From the sequence record DRR723986_22395: 64,000 bases of DNA. One strand, 5' to 3'. The first letter of the stretch is position 1. The number at the start of each line of letters is the position of its first letter. Of this stretch, positions 39,586 to 49,920 are shown one piece after another. The translations under genes and the position numbers were made by a program. The notes beneath the pieces are model-generated. The model made no database searches. It was not told where the DNA came from and saw only the letters and a program-made list of their open reading frames with translations.

Positions 39586-40938
39586 TCAATTCCCCAAGTA
39601 ACCTTTTGCTCTAGGAATAGCGAAAATCTCCTTTTGGCGTCCATTGTAATATGTCACTTTTTCCCCATCAAATAGAGCTCCCTCTTCAAGCATGATTCTC
39701 ACATCTTTACTCCATTCGGGCACAAAAACTACAGCATTCAATTCAATAGCATAGCCGGTATTTGCATGAAGCGGAAAGTCACCTGCACCAGGAGTGTCAC
39801 CTTGATTATCCCACATGCCAATAGTTGGGCCAGCAGAGTGCCCATAAAAACCTAATGGGTGGGTATAGATACTTCCTCGAATCCCTTCTGCATCCAATAC
39901 TTTTCGGGAAGCACGAAGAATTTCATTCCCAGTTTTACCAGCCACATAATTGGATGTCAAAATATCCTGAACTCTATTTCCCTGGGCAAAAGCTTTGCTA
40001 AGATATGCCGGAACCTCAGTCTCGCCAGCTTTCAGCACATAAGCCATTTCCTGAGTATCAGTATTTAATCTGAGATAAGTAATTCCAAAATCCACATGCA
40101 GTAAATCCCCTGGTAAAATCACTGACTCAGGAGACTTGGTCGCAAAGTTTCTGTTTTGCTCATTGTTTGCAGGATCCGCACGCTGAATGTCCACAGATGG
40201 ATGAAACCAAGTGTCCAGCTTCATTTCTTTAATTTTCTCCCTATACCACCACACCACATCTTCGGTGGTCGTCACACCGGGAGTAATCACGGCCTCAGAC
40301 AATCCTTCACTCACGATGGAATGAGCGATTTCTTGAATATGCTTGTATGTAGCCATCTCAGGCTCAGTTCTAGTTTCCAACCAGCGAACAGCTAATGTCT
40401 GAGCAGAGACAACATTTGTCTGAAGATTTTGAGGCAAATATTCCAAAAACACCTGATGCTCATTTGTAGTCAACCCGTCTGCATGCCCATAATCTTTAGC
40501 GTAATTCAAGCCTATTTTCTTAGGATTTTTGGAAGAAATCAACTCCATTAAAGCCTTCCACTGATCCGGTTGAGTCTCTGGATCCCAAGCTCTTTTGAAA
40601 GATTTTCCTACATCGTATCGAGCAACAGCATACGTTTCCACTGGAGCATTAGCGGAAGGCTGAAACATTACTAGGATTGTCCTCCTGCGCGCTGCATGCC
40701 AAGTGGCAGGAAGCATGGTTCGGATCACTGGATCTTCATTGTATTCCCTGGAGATCACCACCCACATATCTATGCCAGTCTCAGTCATTAATTCCGGGAG
40801 AAGATTCTCTATTCGGTATTCCAACCAACGATCTATTACCTCAGCTTGATCACGCTGGGAAAGCACGGCAAGGTTTTGTGCGAAAGCACAATTAGAAAGA
40901 AATAGTAGAGAAAAGGCAAAGAGTAGCTTTTTAGTCAT
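39586..40938 (-). CDS. Secreted M24-family (Xaa-Pro) metallopeptidase
   Basis: Signal peptide; DFG, NTD, HPLGFYGH, IEL, LEE metal ligands. Confidence 0.88.
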   Translation of the reverse strand: MTKKLLFAFSLLFLSNCAFAQNLAVLSQRDQAEVIDRWLEYRIENLLPELMTETGIDMWVVISREYNEDPVIRTMLPATWHAARRRTILVMFQPSANAPVETYAVARYDVGKSFKRAWDPETQPDQWKALMELISSKNPKKIGLNYAKDYGHADGLTTNEHQVFLEYLPQNLQTNVVSAQTLAVRWLETRTEPEMATYKHIQEIAHSIVSEGLSEAVITPGVTTTEDVVWWYREKIKEMKLDTWFHPSVDIQRADPANNEQNRNFATKSPESVILPGDLLHVDFGITYLRLNTDTQEMAYVLKAGETEVPAYLSKAFAQGNRVQDILTSNYVAGKTGNEILRASRKVLDAEGIRGSIYTHPLGFYGHSAGPTIGMWDNQGDTPGAGDFPLHANTGYAIELNAVVFVPEWSKDVRIMLEEGALFDGEKVTYYNGRQKEIFAIPRAKGYLGN

Positions 40939-41008
40939 ATCAGATTGGATTTATCCTGAAGATAAAACAAAAAGTATAATTAGGAAGAACGATACTGTTC
41001 GAAAACGC

Positions 41009-42364
41009 CTAGGCTATGACAACCGGTTTATTTGCGGCAATCATACGATTACTTAGTTTATGAAAACGGTAAAAGAGTACCACAGCAGTTACAGACAGAC
41101 CTATTAACAAGCCATACCAAATCCCTTTTTCGGCAAAGCCAAGTTCAAACGCCAAAAAATAACCTAATGGAAGTCCAATAACCCAATATGCTACTAAGGT
41201 GATCAATGTAGGGAACCTCACATCTTCAAGCCCTCTCAATACGCCCAAACCTGCCACTTGCACGCCGTCAGAAAGCTGGAATAATCCCGCAATGATCAGT
41301 AATGATGCCGACAAAGCGACAACCTCCTCATTATCGATGTAAAGGGTGGGAAGATAGAATCTCATTAGGATAAAGATCAATCCGGTGATCGACATAAATA
41401 CCAAAACCATCCCAAAAACCACCATTCCTGCTTCCCGCATTCCTCTAAAATTATTTCGACCAATTTGATTGCTAACACGAATCATACCTGCTGTACTCAG
41501 ACCCGAAACCATCATATAGCTGACAGAAGCGAGATTGATGGCAATCTGATGTGCCGCAAGTGCATTGACACCTATCCAGCCCATCATGATGGCAGCTGCA
41601 CTGAATGCACTTACTTCGAATATGTATTGAAATCCTGTTGGCACTCCTATTTTCAATATTCTGTTGAGGAGTAAAAACCTAAGTTTACCTATACCTAGTT
41701 TTAGGTTAAATACGCTGTATCTCTTCGCACGCATGACATACCAACCCATCATAAGTGGCATCAATACTCTGGAGATCAACGTTGCCAATCCAGCTCCATT
41801 TAGCCCCATTTCAGGAGCTCCAAGATTCCCGTAAATAAATACCCAATTCAGAAATACGTTAACCAGGTTACAAAAAATGGTCACATACATCGCTTGTTTA
41901 GTCTGGGAAAGTCCTTCTGCTAACTGCTTAAACGATTGAAAGATCATGAAAGGCAGAAGAGATGCTGTGATAATAAAAAGATAAGGTATAGTGAGTGTTA
42001 CCACTTCCTCGGGCTGATCAAGAAAGTGTAGCCCTTGGGAAAGCCCTAGTACCACAACCGTCAAAAGAATAGCGGTAGCAATATTAATCCATAAACCATG
42101 CTGAAAAAGATGCCCGATTCGCTTGAATTTCCCTTTGCCTTCCGCTACTGACACCAAAGGAGTAATGCCCATCGAAATTCCCATTCCAAACATGAGAATT
42201 ACAAAAAATATACTATTACCCAAGGAGGCTGCAGCTAGCGGTACCGCCCCCATTCGGCCAACCATCATACTATCGGCTACTCCTACCAGCACCTGACCCA
42301 GCTGGCTCAACACCACTGGAAAAGCCAAGGTAAACGTAGTCTTAAAATGATCCTTGATCGTCAT
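41009..42364 (-). CDS. MATE-family efflux transporter (NorM-like)
   Basis: LAFPV...DSMMVGRMG, GLNGAGLAT, LAAHQIA, FQLSDGVQ, GIWYG. Confidence 0.92.
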   Translation of the reverse strand: MTIKDHFKTTFTLAFPVVLSQLGQVLVGVADSMMVGRMGAVPLAAASLGNSIFFVILMFGMGISMGITPLVSVAEGKGKFKRIGHLFQHGLWINIATAILLTVVVLGLSQGLHFLDQPEEVVTLTIPYLFIITASLLPFMIFQSFKQLAEGLSQTKQAMYVTIFCNLVNVFLNWVFIYGNLGAPEMGLNGAGLATLISRVLMPLMMGWYVMRAKRYSVFNLKLGIGKLRFLLLNRILKIGVPTGFQYIFEVSAFSAAAIMMGWIGVNALAAHQIAINLASVSYMMVSGLSTAGMIRVSNQIGRNNFRGMREAGMVVFGMVLVFMSITGLIFILMRFYLPTLYIDNEEVVALSASLLIIAGLFQLSDGVQVAGLGVLRGLEDVRFPTLITLVAYWVIGLPLGYFLAFELGFAEKGIWYGLLIGLSVTAVVLFYRFHKLSNRMIAANKPVVIA

Positions 42365-42365
42365 A

Positions 42366-42908
42366 TTACAAATTTAGCATTCTTGCTACTTTGAGGACTG
42401 CAGCTATACTGATTCCATCTGTGATTTCGCCATTCATTACCATCTCCACCACTTGAGTGAAAGGCAATTTCTTTATTTTGAGAATCTCGGTTTCCTCAAA
42501 TTCAGTTTCTCCTTGAGTAAGCTCTTGTGCCAAATAAACAAAACCCACTTCGTCAGTTACCGAGTTGGAAGTATGGATTTTCATAATCTCGGTCCATTTC
42601 TCAGCTGTTAATCCTGTTTCTTCCTTCAATTCCCTCTTTGCACTCTCTAGTTTATCTTCTTCCAAAGGTCCCCCACCCATAGGTATTTCCCATGCATATT
42701 CATTCAAGGTGTATCGGTATTGGCCGATGAGCCAGGTATTTCCTTCGGTATCAATAGGAATAATGCCCATTGCTCTATTCTTGAAATGAACTTTACCATA
42801 TATCCCCTCTTTTCCAGCAGGATTTATGATATCATGATGCTCTACCTTAATCCAGGGATTTTCATAAATCGGATTAATCTTTTTTGTTTTCCAGGGATTT
42901 TGTTCCAT
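42366..42908 (-). CDS. Nudix hydrolase (ADP-ribose pyrophosphatase-like)
   Basis: QYRY...WEIPMGG...SAKRELKEETG. Confidence 0.88.
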   Translation of the reverse strand: MEQNPWKTKKINPIYENPWIKVEHHDIINPAGKEGIYGKVHFKNRAMGIIPIDTEGNTWLIGQYRYTLNEYAWEIPMGGGPLEEDKLESAKRELKEETGLTAEKWTEIMKIHTSNSVTDEVGFVYLAQELTQGETEFEETEILKIKKLPFTQVVEMVMNGEITDGISIAAVLKVARMLNL

Positions 42909-42914
42909 TTGTTC

Positions 42915-42944
42915 AAAAAAAAAGGGTGACTTACGCCACCCTTT
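42915..42944 (-). terminator. Intrinsic terminator after the Lrp gene
   Basis: AAAGGGTG...CACCCTTT stem with A9 on + (U-tract on -). Confidence 0.75.
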
Positions 42945-42963
42945 AGCTAGTAGTAAAGGCTGA

Positions 42964-43458
42964 TTAAGCCGGAATTGGCATTACTTTAGAATCTTTGAAA
43001 GTAGACAAAATTACCATGGATTGCATGGAATCTACTTCTTTGATCTCTGACACTTTCTCAAGCATCAAATTCTGGTATGAGGTAATATCCTTTGCTATAA
43101 TCTTAAGAATAAAATCTCCAGTACCAGTGATGTGGTGACACTCTATCACTTCTGGGATGATGTTAATCTCCTTCATGAAAGCTTCAATATTCCCTTTATT
43201 GTGACCTATCAAGCTCACTAATACAAAAGTACTTACACCCAAGCCGATCTTCTCAGGATCTAGCTTTGCATGATAACTCTTTATGATTCCAGACTGCTCC
43301 AACTTCTTCACTCGCTCCAAGGTAGGAGCCGGAGAAAGCCCAATATCTTTTGACAATTGAGCATTCGTGATTTTGGCATTAGCCTGTAAGATTTCCAGAA
43401 TCTTCCTGTCGATTTTATCGAATTTTATTCTTAAGCTATGATCCATGATCTCTTGCAT
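42964..43458 (-). CDS. Lrp/AsnC-family transcriptional regulator
   Basis: DKIDRKILEILQ...IGLSPAPTLERVKKLE HTH; ECHHITGTGDF RAM domain. Confidence 0.93.
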   Translation of the reverse strand: MQEIMDHSLRIKFDKIDRKILEILQANAKITNAQLSKDIGLSPAPTLERVKKLEQSGIIKSYHAKLDPEKIGLGVSTFVLVSLIGHNKGNIEAFMKEINIIPEVIECHHITGTGDFILKIIAKDITSYQNLMLEKVSEIKEVDSMQSMVILSTFKDSKVMPIPA

Positions 43459-43655
43459 TTACAAAATTTTATATCGCACAAAGTTAATATAATTGATGAT
43501 TGTTTTAAACCATTCATCAGAATTTTAAAGAGGAAAATCAAAATTTTCTTAAGATTTAAGGGCCAATACACAAACAATCCTTTCAAAATCCCTTGCCTCC
43601 TTTAAAAAATTCAAATTATCTCCTGTTATTTTTTGTAAAAACGATAGCTAGTGAA

Positions 43656-44849
43656 TTAAAGTTTATTCTTTTTGATAAAATCTCGGGCCTCTTGATGAGC
43701 GGGGTGTTTTCGCTTAGCATACTTCTTTACCTTTTTGAAATATTCTTTTGCGAGAGTCTTGTTTTGCTCCTTAGTTGCAATCTTACCAAGTTGTAGCAAT
43801 GCATGTAAATAATAACCGCTTTCCTGGGATTCAGACTCTTCTCCGTAGCTGAGTGTTTTCAGGTAATACTTCTTTGCTTCAGCGGTATTTCCCATCCGCT
43901 CATTGAATTGGGCAATATAAAATGCTGCATACCTTCCACTATTCGATTCATAACCCGTTTGCTTGGCATCAATTCTATCCAGTATTTCTTTGGATTGCTG
44001 CACGGATTCTGCCCATCTTCCTACTGCATAAAGATGGCGTGCATAAGAGCGATGGAAATACGGGTTGTCAGGAAATTTAGTATGTAAATAATCTGTAATT
44101 TGTAATGCTTTAAATGGCTCTTTTTCCTCTGAAGCATATAGCCTAAATAAAAAATACTGTGCTTCAATTCTGGTGTAAAAGGCATTATTGGCGACCTCCT
44201 CCAATTGTTGTAAACCTAGCTCTTTGTTTCCCTTTGGGAAAAGCGCCATTACAGGCCTCATCAGCGGATAATTTTCCGGTATCCATTCAGAGAAATAATT
44301 GAAAAGCGCATCTCCTAAAAGCAATTCAGGATTGAACTCTTCCTCACCTCTACTTAACTCCATGTATTTTAAGGCATTCTTTCCAGCCCAAGCTGCCTTT
44401 GTCCAGCTTTTTCTCTCAGAATAAAGCCTGCCCTTAAATCCATATCCAGCTGCTAGAAAGAAAGCTGCCTCCTTATTAGTTTCATCCTCATCAAACATGG
44501 CTTGAGCCTTATTAATGGATCTATCCAGATATTTAAGTAAGATGGCATCGTATTTTTCGTTCGTCACATCTACTTCGATCCTCCACCAATATCCCAAAGC
44601 GACTAAAAATTCTGGTAAAGGATGATTGGGGTATTGAATGGCTAGCACAGCGTAATCTCTTTCTGCTGTCGCAAAATCAAAATTATACATGCTATTAATA
44701 GCCTTGGTAATTCTAAACTGCAGCCCTTTGTCCAAAAGCAAATACTTAGAAGGCGCAAAGAACATTGAATCTGCCTCAGCCTGCTGCGCCTGAGCTATGC
44801 CAAGTCCGGCAAACCAAATGCTGAGAATCATTACGATTCGTGTTGACAT
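43656..44849 (-). CDS. Secreted TPR-repeat protein
   Basis: Signal peptide (AQA-Q) and helical TPR-like repeats. Confidence 0.78.
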   Translation of the reverse strand: MSTRIVMILSIWFAGLGIAQAQQAEADSMFFAPSKYLLLDKGLQFRITKAINSMYNFDFATAERDYAVLAIQYPNHPLPEFLVALGYWWRIEVDVTNEKYDAILLKYLDRSINKAQAMFDEDETNKEAAFFLAAGYGFKGRLYSERKSWTKAAWAGKNALKYMELSRGEEEFNPELLLGDALFNYFSEWIPENYPLMRPVMALFPKGNKELGLQQLEEVANNAFYTRIEAQYFLFRLYASEEKEPFKALQITDYLHTKFPDNPYFHRSYARHLYAVGRWAESVQQSKEILDRIDAKQTGYESNSGRYAAFYIAQFNERMGNTAEAKKYYLKTLSYGEESESQESGYYLHALLQLGKIATKEQNKTLAKEYFKKVKKYAKRKHPAHQEARDFIKKNKL

Positions 44850-44928
44850 ATATTCATTCTATTTTAAAACTCAAAATTAGGGGTATTCCCAAACAAAATT
44901 TTAGATTTGGCCAAGATTCATCACAATT

Positions 44929-45579
44929 ATGGCTAAAACTTTAACTCCAGAGGGACAACGTCTGAAAGAACTAATTGATTTCGACAAACGGGTTTATTTT
45001 TTTGTACTGGTGTTTTTGTTTCTGCTGATTAGGTATCTCACCAATACGCTAATTCTGGAAGCCATTCCTGATTATGATAATCTGGAAGCCAGAGGTGACT
45101 TCATGATATTTCATGTTTTCAATGCCTTAAACTACCTATGGACTCCTTTTGCATTGCTGTGGAAATTCACAATAATATCTTTCCTCTTTTGGCTTGGTGC
45201 CTTCTTAATAGGCTATAAAGTTCCCTATAAGGAACTCTGGCAGTTTGCACTTATTGCCGAAGTGGTTTTTATTTTCCCAGAGCTGATTAGGCTGCTGGTA
45301 TACATTTCTCCGCAAACGGGTGTCACTTACTTAGAAATTGATGAATTCAGAGCACTTTCTATGCTGTCATTGATTGGTCCTGAAAATGTAGCTGGTCAAT
45401 ATCACTATGCTTTAGCTACACTCAATATCTTCGAAATCTTATACGGAATTGTTTGGCTCTACGGTTTTCATATGATTAGCAGGCGGCCTTTTGGGGAGTG
45501 CAGTATTGTAGTTTTGATTAGTTATTACCTTCCCCTAGCTATTTGGTTAGTATGGTATATTATGGTTTACAGGAGTTAA
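44929..45579 (+). CDS. Hypothetical integral membrane protein (Yip1-like topology)
   Basis: About five TM helices. Confidence 0.72.
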   Translation: MAKTLTPEGQRLKELIDFDKRVYFFVLVFLFLLIRYLTNTLILEAIPDYDNLEARGDFMIFHVFNALNYLWTPFALLWKFTIISFLFWLGAFLIGYKVPYKELWQFALIAEVVFIFPELIRLLVYISPQTGVTYLEIDEFRALSMLSLIGPENVAGQYHYALATLNIFEILYGIVWLYGFHMISRRPFGECSIVVLISYYLPLAIWLVWYIMVYRS

Positions 45580-45582
45580 CCT

Positions 45583-45631
45583 ATCAAACCAAAAAAGGGC
45601 CAGAGATGATCTGGCCCTTTTTTGGTTTGAT
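45583..45631. terminator. Bidirectional terminator (perfect 22-bp inverted repeat)
   Basis: ATCAAACCAAAAAAGGGCCAGA-gatga-TCTGGCCCTTTTTTGGTTTGAT between convergent genes. Confidence 0.9.
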
Positions 45632-45640
45632 TGTTTTTGA

Positions 45641-47164
45641 TTAGAAACCTAACCCTAATGCCATTGAAGTAGGCGTAAAATTAAGGTCTGAAATTTTTGA
45701 AGCTGCACCTGACATCAGATTTACAGAGTAAACTCCAGAGGCAGACCCTACAGTAAATACTCCATAAGCCATATCTGAAGTTCCACCTATATCAAATCCA
45801 TTATCATCTATCAAATCTATTCCCAATGATCCGATTGCTACGAGCACTCCATCATTTGGAGGAGACACTTGATATAACATATCATTTTGGGCATCTACTA
45901 CGTAAAGGGCTGTAGAAGTAGTTCCTGCAAAGCTTTTGGTATATGCTGCTGCACTCGCCATGGGCGTACCTGGGTTAAGACTTCCGTCCACTGCTACTAC
46001 TGTCCCCAAATCTGGATGTAATCTAAGGTTTTGTCCTGTCTCGGTGATCAGGCGGATTCTATCCACTGTTGGATTAAAATCAAATCCAATAAAGGATCCC
46101 ATTGCTGCTGGCATGAGCTGACTACCGATCGCAGTAACTGCCCCATTCGAAGGGTTGACACTATATAACTGACTCATATTAGATATGGCAAGTAACTGAC
46201 CATTCACAGGACGGAAATCAAGTCCAACGATCATCTCTCCTGCTTTCAATCCCATCATGTCCACTGAAATCGGACTTGGATTTGTAGGGTCAAATCGGTA
46301 AAGTTTATTAGCTGAGTCGGTTGCGTAGGCAATCGGGTTAGTTTTGAAAGCAATACTTACCACTGGTTGAGTAAAAGTTCCTATCCACATAGCTTTTCCA
46401 GTGGAAAGGTCAATTGTGTATAGTCTTGATTCATCATCCTTTCTATTTACTGCCAAAGCCACAGAGTTATCAGGATTCAAATCCATATCACCTACTCCTT
46501 CAAAGTCCACACCTAGTTCACCTACTTCCTCCAATCCACCATCATTTGGAGGAACTTGCTTATAAAGTTTGTCCTGCTCAAAGTCAATATCGAATAAGGT
46601 GGTCATGGTAGTCCCTGAAAAACTATTCGAGTACGCTACAGCGCCGATTCTAGGATTCATACCTCCATTAATAGAGCCATCCGTAGCGACAACAGTGCCC
46701 AATTCTGGATGTAGACGTAAATTCTGTCCGGATTCGGTGACCAATCTTATTCTATCCACTGTAGGGTTAAAGTCTAACGAAGGATTCGCACCCTGAACCG
46801 AAGGGGTAAATGCACCAGTTCCCAGGGCAGTAGCTGCACCTGAGTTTTCATTGATATGATAGATACGACTCATGGAGCTGAGTGCATAAAGCTGACCGGT
46901 CGCTGGACGGTAATCAATTGATACAATCATTTCACCGGAACCTAATCCCGTAATAGCCAAAGAACTAGAAGGGGCGGAAAGATTTTGAGCATTGTACACC
47001 AAAATCATATTATCCGAAGTCAATGCCGTAAAACTTACTTCCGGGGCAGTGCCTGGCATCTCAACGACGGGATCCATATCATCGTCATTATCATCACATG
47101 AGGTAAAAGCCAGAGAAAAAATCATACTGGCCAGTAATACGGGGAAAATGTTTCTTTTTTTCAT
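45641..47164 (-). CDS. Lipoprotein with two tandem DUF4394-like domains
   Basis: Lipobox FTSC; duplicated D(Y/F)RP..GQL and DFNPTVDRIRL.TE.GQNLRLHP motifs; start set to ATG 47164 given the promoter position. Confidence 0.82.
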   Translation of the reverse strand: MKKRNIFPVLLASMIFSLAFTSCDDNDDDMDPVVEMPGTAPEVSFTALTSDNMILVYNAQNLSAPSSSLAITGLGSGEMIVSIDYRPATGQLYALSSMSRIYHINENSGAATALGTGAFTPSVQGANPSLDFNPTVDRIRLVTESGQNLRLHPELGTVVATDGSINGGMNPRIGAVAYSNSFSGTTMTTLFDIDFEQDKLYKQVPPNDGGLEEVGELGVDFEGVGDMDLNPDNSVALAVNRKDDESRLYTIDLSTGKAMWIGTFTQPVVSIAFKTNPIAYATDSANKLYRFDPTNPSPISVDMMGLKAGEMIVGLDFRPVNGQLLAISNMSQLYSVNPSNGAVTAIGSQLMPAAMGSFIGFDFNPTVDRIRLITETGQNLRLHPDLGTVVAVDGSLNPGTPMASAAAYTKSFAGTTSTALYVVDAQNDMLYQVSPPNDGVLVAIGSLGIDLIDDNGFDIGGTSDMAYGVFTVGSASGVYSVNLMSGAASKISDLNFTPTSMALGLGF

Positions 47165-47190
47165 TAGTTGATTAGTTAGTTTCATTCATT

Positions 47191-47217
47191 TACGAAACCA
47201 ACCAACCAACTGGATTT
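47191..47217 (-). promoter_or_regulatory. Putative ECF-sigma promoter (AATCC-N17-CGTA)
   Basis: Minus strand aaATCC-agttggttggttggttt-CGTA directly upstream of the DUF4394-like gene. Confidence 0.5.
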
Positions 47218-47293
47218 TACAACTAGAAAAGAAAACTTACAGCTACCTTAAATTCAATCTTTATTCTCCGCTTTTGAAATGGAATTCACTACC

Positions 47294-48100
47294 TCACATT
47301 GACATGAGTTCTTTGGTGATGATATAAATCCCCATTACAAGCACAAACCAACCAAACCCTTTTTTGAGTGCCTTTTCATTAATCCTTTTGGATAAGGAAC
47401 TACCTATGAAAATCCCAATAATTGATAAGCCTGTAAAAATCAAAAGCATTTTCCAATCTATTGTTTGATTAGAAACATCTCCTAAAAATCCTATTAAAGA
47501 TTTTGCGGCAATTATCAAGAGTGAAGTACCAACAGCCATTTTCATAGGAAGCTTTGCCAAAAGAACCAGAGCAGGAATGATCAAAAATCCGCCCCCGGCA
47601 CCCACTATACCTGTAATCAATCCTACTACAATTCCCTCAACTGCAATCAATGGTATATTAAATTTAATTTCGCTTTCTTCCTCATTTGTTGTATTACCAT
47701 TTCCTTTGATCATAGAATAAGAAGCTGCAAGCATGATCAGGGCAAAGAAGACCATGATTCCAATACTTTTGGTAATCTCCATTCCTGCTAAGTCAAATAA
47801 AGGGTCCGGTAAAGCTGGGACAATGAATTTTCGAGTTAAAAAAACTGCGATAAATGAGGGTATAGCAAAAACTAAAGCAGTCTTGTAATTAACTAGCTGT
47901 TTTTTCATATAAGTAAATGACCCAACCAGTGAAGTACTTCCTACTACAAAAAGCGAATATGCAGTGGCTAAAACAGGGTCAATCCCCAAGATATAGACAA
48001 GTACAGGCACAGTCAATATAGACCCCCCTCCTCCAATTAGCCCCAAACTTACACCTATAACAACCGCCGCTGCATAACCAACAAAAACGATGATTTCCAT
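47294..48100 (-). CDS. Sulfite exporter TauE/SafE-family protein
   Basis: GLIGGGGSILTVP and GIVGAGGGFLIIP repeats, AVGTSL. Confidence 0.92.
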   Translation of the reverse strand: MEIIVFVGYAAAVVIGVSLGLIGGGGSILTVPVLVYILGIDPVLATAYSLFVVGSTSLVGSFTYMKKQLVNYKTALVFAIPSFIAVFLTRKFIVPALPDPLFDLAGMEITKSIGIMVFFALIMLAASYSMIKGNGNTTNEEESEIKFNIPLIAVEGIVVGLITGIVGAGGGFLIIPALVLLAKLPMKMAVGTSLLIIAAKSLIGFLGDVSNQTIDWKMLLIFTGLSIIGIFIGSSLSKRINEKALKKGFGWFVLVMGIYIITKELMSM

Positions 48101-48125
48101 AATGATTTTCTAAGATTTGATAGCA

Positions 48126-48169
48126 CAAAAGTACCTGTGATCCCCAGAAGAAGAAGTGACAATTGTTAC
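48126..48169 (-). promoter_or_regulatory. tauE promoter (-7 TACTTTTG) with upstream near-palindromic operator GTAACAATTGTCAC
   Basis: CAAAAGTA at 48126-48133; GTGACAATTGTTAC at 48156-48169, near the -33 position; Crp/Fnr gene nearby. Confidence 0.55.
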
Positions 48170-48317
48170 ACTGACTTTAGAAAAGGCAAAAAACTTTGAT
48201 ATCCTGAGTAAGAATAATTCCAATAGCTCTAGTTGCAAAAAAAATCTGATTTCATCTGCCGTATAACTCATTTATTCCTCCACATTTGCTTAAATTATTG
48301 TTAAAAACTGAATCGCC

Positions 48318-49121
48318 ATGAAAATAATTCTCCCGATTGATTTTTCAGAAAATTCAATTAATGCATTAGACTTTGCAATCGCACTTGCAGGGAAAAAAGA
48401 TGGCGAAATAATACTCGTACATGTCATAGAAGCAGTTTTCGACTTTGCTTCCCAAGCCTCTGTTGCCATGGAAAGCATGCATCGAGATGCCCAAGCTTTG
48501 ATGCAGAATACTTTAGAAAAATATAAAGGAACCAACCTGATTTTTCAAACTATTATCAAAGAAGGAACTGCTTCAATATCAATAGCCAGGATAGCAAGAG
48601 AATTAGATGCTACATTGGTGGTAATGGGAACTCAAGGCGCCAGTGGAATTAAACTTGCCCTTATTGGAAGTACTACAGTCAACCTGATCAAAGAATCATC
48701 AGTACCCGTATTAGTTGTGCCTGCAGAATCAATTGCAGCAGATATTCGAAAGGTAGCTTTGGCCTTAGAATTTGCTAGTCATGAGGAAAAATTCATAGGC
48801 TGGGTTATAGACATGAGTAGAAGATGGGACCGAGGAATAGAATTCGTTCATGTACAAACTTCCAATGATTTTGAGGAGGATCCCAGGATAAAAAATTTAG
48901 AAGATTTAATTGTCAAACAATATCCAGGCTTACCTCTTAAAATCCATACTTTTTATGCAAGAACACCCATTGAAGGATTAGATCAATTTTTGGAAGAAAA
49001 CGAAAATGTAATCCTCGTAATGTGCCACCAGCACAAAAATCTATGGGAGCAAGTCTTGAGCAGAAGCCAAACTATTCAAATGGTTTTCCATTCAAAAGTC
49101 CCACTTTTAGTAATGACCTGA
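48318..49121 (+). CDS. Universal stress protein (tandem USP domains)
   Basis: IILPIDFSENS, LVVMGTQGASG...IGSTT, PVLVVP; second domain ends in PLLVM. Confidence 0.92.
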   Translation: MKIILPIDFSENSINALDFAIALAGKKDGEIILVHVIEAVFDFASQASVAMESMHRDAQALMQNTLEKYKGTNLIFQTIIKEGTASISIARIARELDATLVVMGTQGASGIKLALIGSTTVNLIKESSVPVLVVPAESIAADIRKVALALEFASHEEKFIGWVIDMSRRWDRGIEFVHVQTSNDFEEDPRIKNLEDLIVKQYPGLPLKIHTFYARTPIEGLDQFLEENENVILVMCHQHKNLWEQVLSRSQTIQMVFHSKVPLLVMT

Positions 49122-49778
49122 TCACTTGCTGATCAACTCCTCGAAATCATCTCGAATGTAAATCACATTTCTACCCAATTCTATCCATTTCTTTTTCTCC
49201 AGTTGCTTTAACAGCCTAGAAACGACTTCCCTCGAAGTAGTAAGCTCATTTGCAATCTCCTGATGGGTAGTATGCAGTTCATTGGTTTTAAGTTGCTTCA
49301 TTTTTTTCACGATATATCCCATCAATCGCTCATCCATTCGTTTGAATGCAACCGCATCTAAGGCAACTAGCATTTCTTGAAAACGATTTTGGTAAGTATT
49401 GGACACAAAATCTTTCCATTGCTTGAAATCATTCGAGAACTGATCAATAATGGCAATAGGTATGGCAATAATTGTAGCATCTTCCTCAACTACGGCTTTG
49501 ATCTCACTTGCTTTTGAAGCAGAACAGCAGGTCAAGGATAACGCGCAAGTCTCACCAGCATCTAAAAAATACAGGAACAACTCTCTTCCCTCATCATCCA
49601 TTCTTGAAATTTTTATAGAGCCATCCAATACTATTGGTACCATTTTCATGAATTGTCCAGGCTCCATAATTACTTTTCCAGCCTTCAACTCCATTATCTG
49701 ACCCTTTTCCAATAGTTGGGCTATTAATGCTGGATCAGTAAAATTAGGTAGTGCTTCTTTCAGTTCTTCAGTAGTCAT
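49122..49778 (-). CDS. Crp/Fnr-family transcriptional regulator
   Basis: GSIKISR...GRELFLY..AGETC; THQEIANELTTSREVVSRLLK HTH; ATG at 49778. Confidence 0.92.
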   Translation of the reverse strand: MTTEELKEALPNFTDPALIAQLLEKGQIMELKAGKVIMEPGQFMKMVPIVLDGSIKISRMDDEGRELFLYFLDAGETCALSLTCCSASKASEIKAVVEEDATIIAIPIAIIDQFSNDFKQWKDFVSNTYQNRFQEMLVALDAVAFKRMDERLMGYIVKKMKQLKTNELHTTHQEIANELTTSREVVSRLLKQLEKKKWIELGRNVIYIRDDFEELISK

Positions 49779-49862
49779 ATCGTAATTAAAAGTTGGCGAA
49801 ATTATAAATCTCCGCTTCTTAGCTAAGTGATAAATATCACGTTTTCTCAATCAATATAGTTC

Positions 49863-49898
49863 AAAAAAAATACCTCCCAATTGACTTGAGAGGTATTT
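49863..49898 (-). terminator. Intrinsic terminator of the giant-gene pair
   Basis: AAATACCTC...GAGGTATTT stem with A8 on +, 22 nt after the stop at 49921. Confidence 0.8.
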
Positions 49899-49920
49899 CC
49901 ACTAAATGCTTCACCATTAG

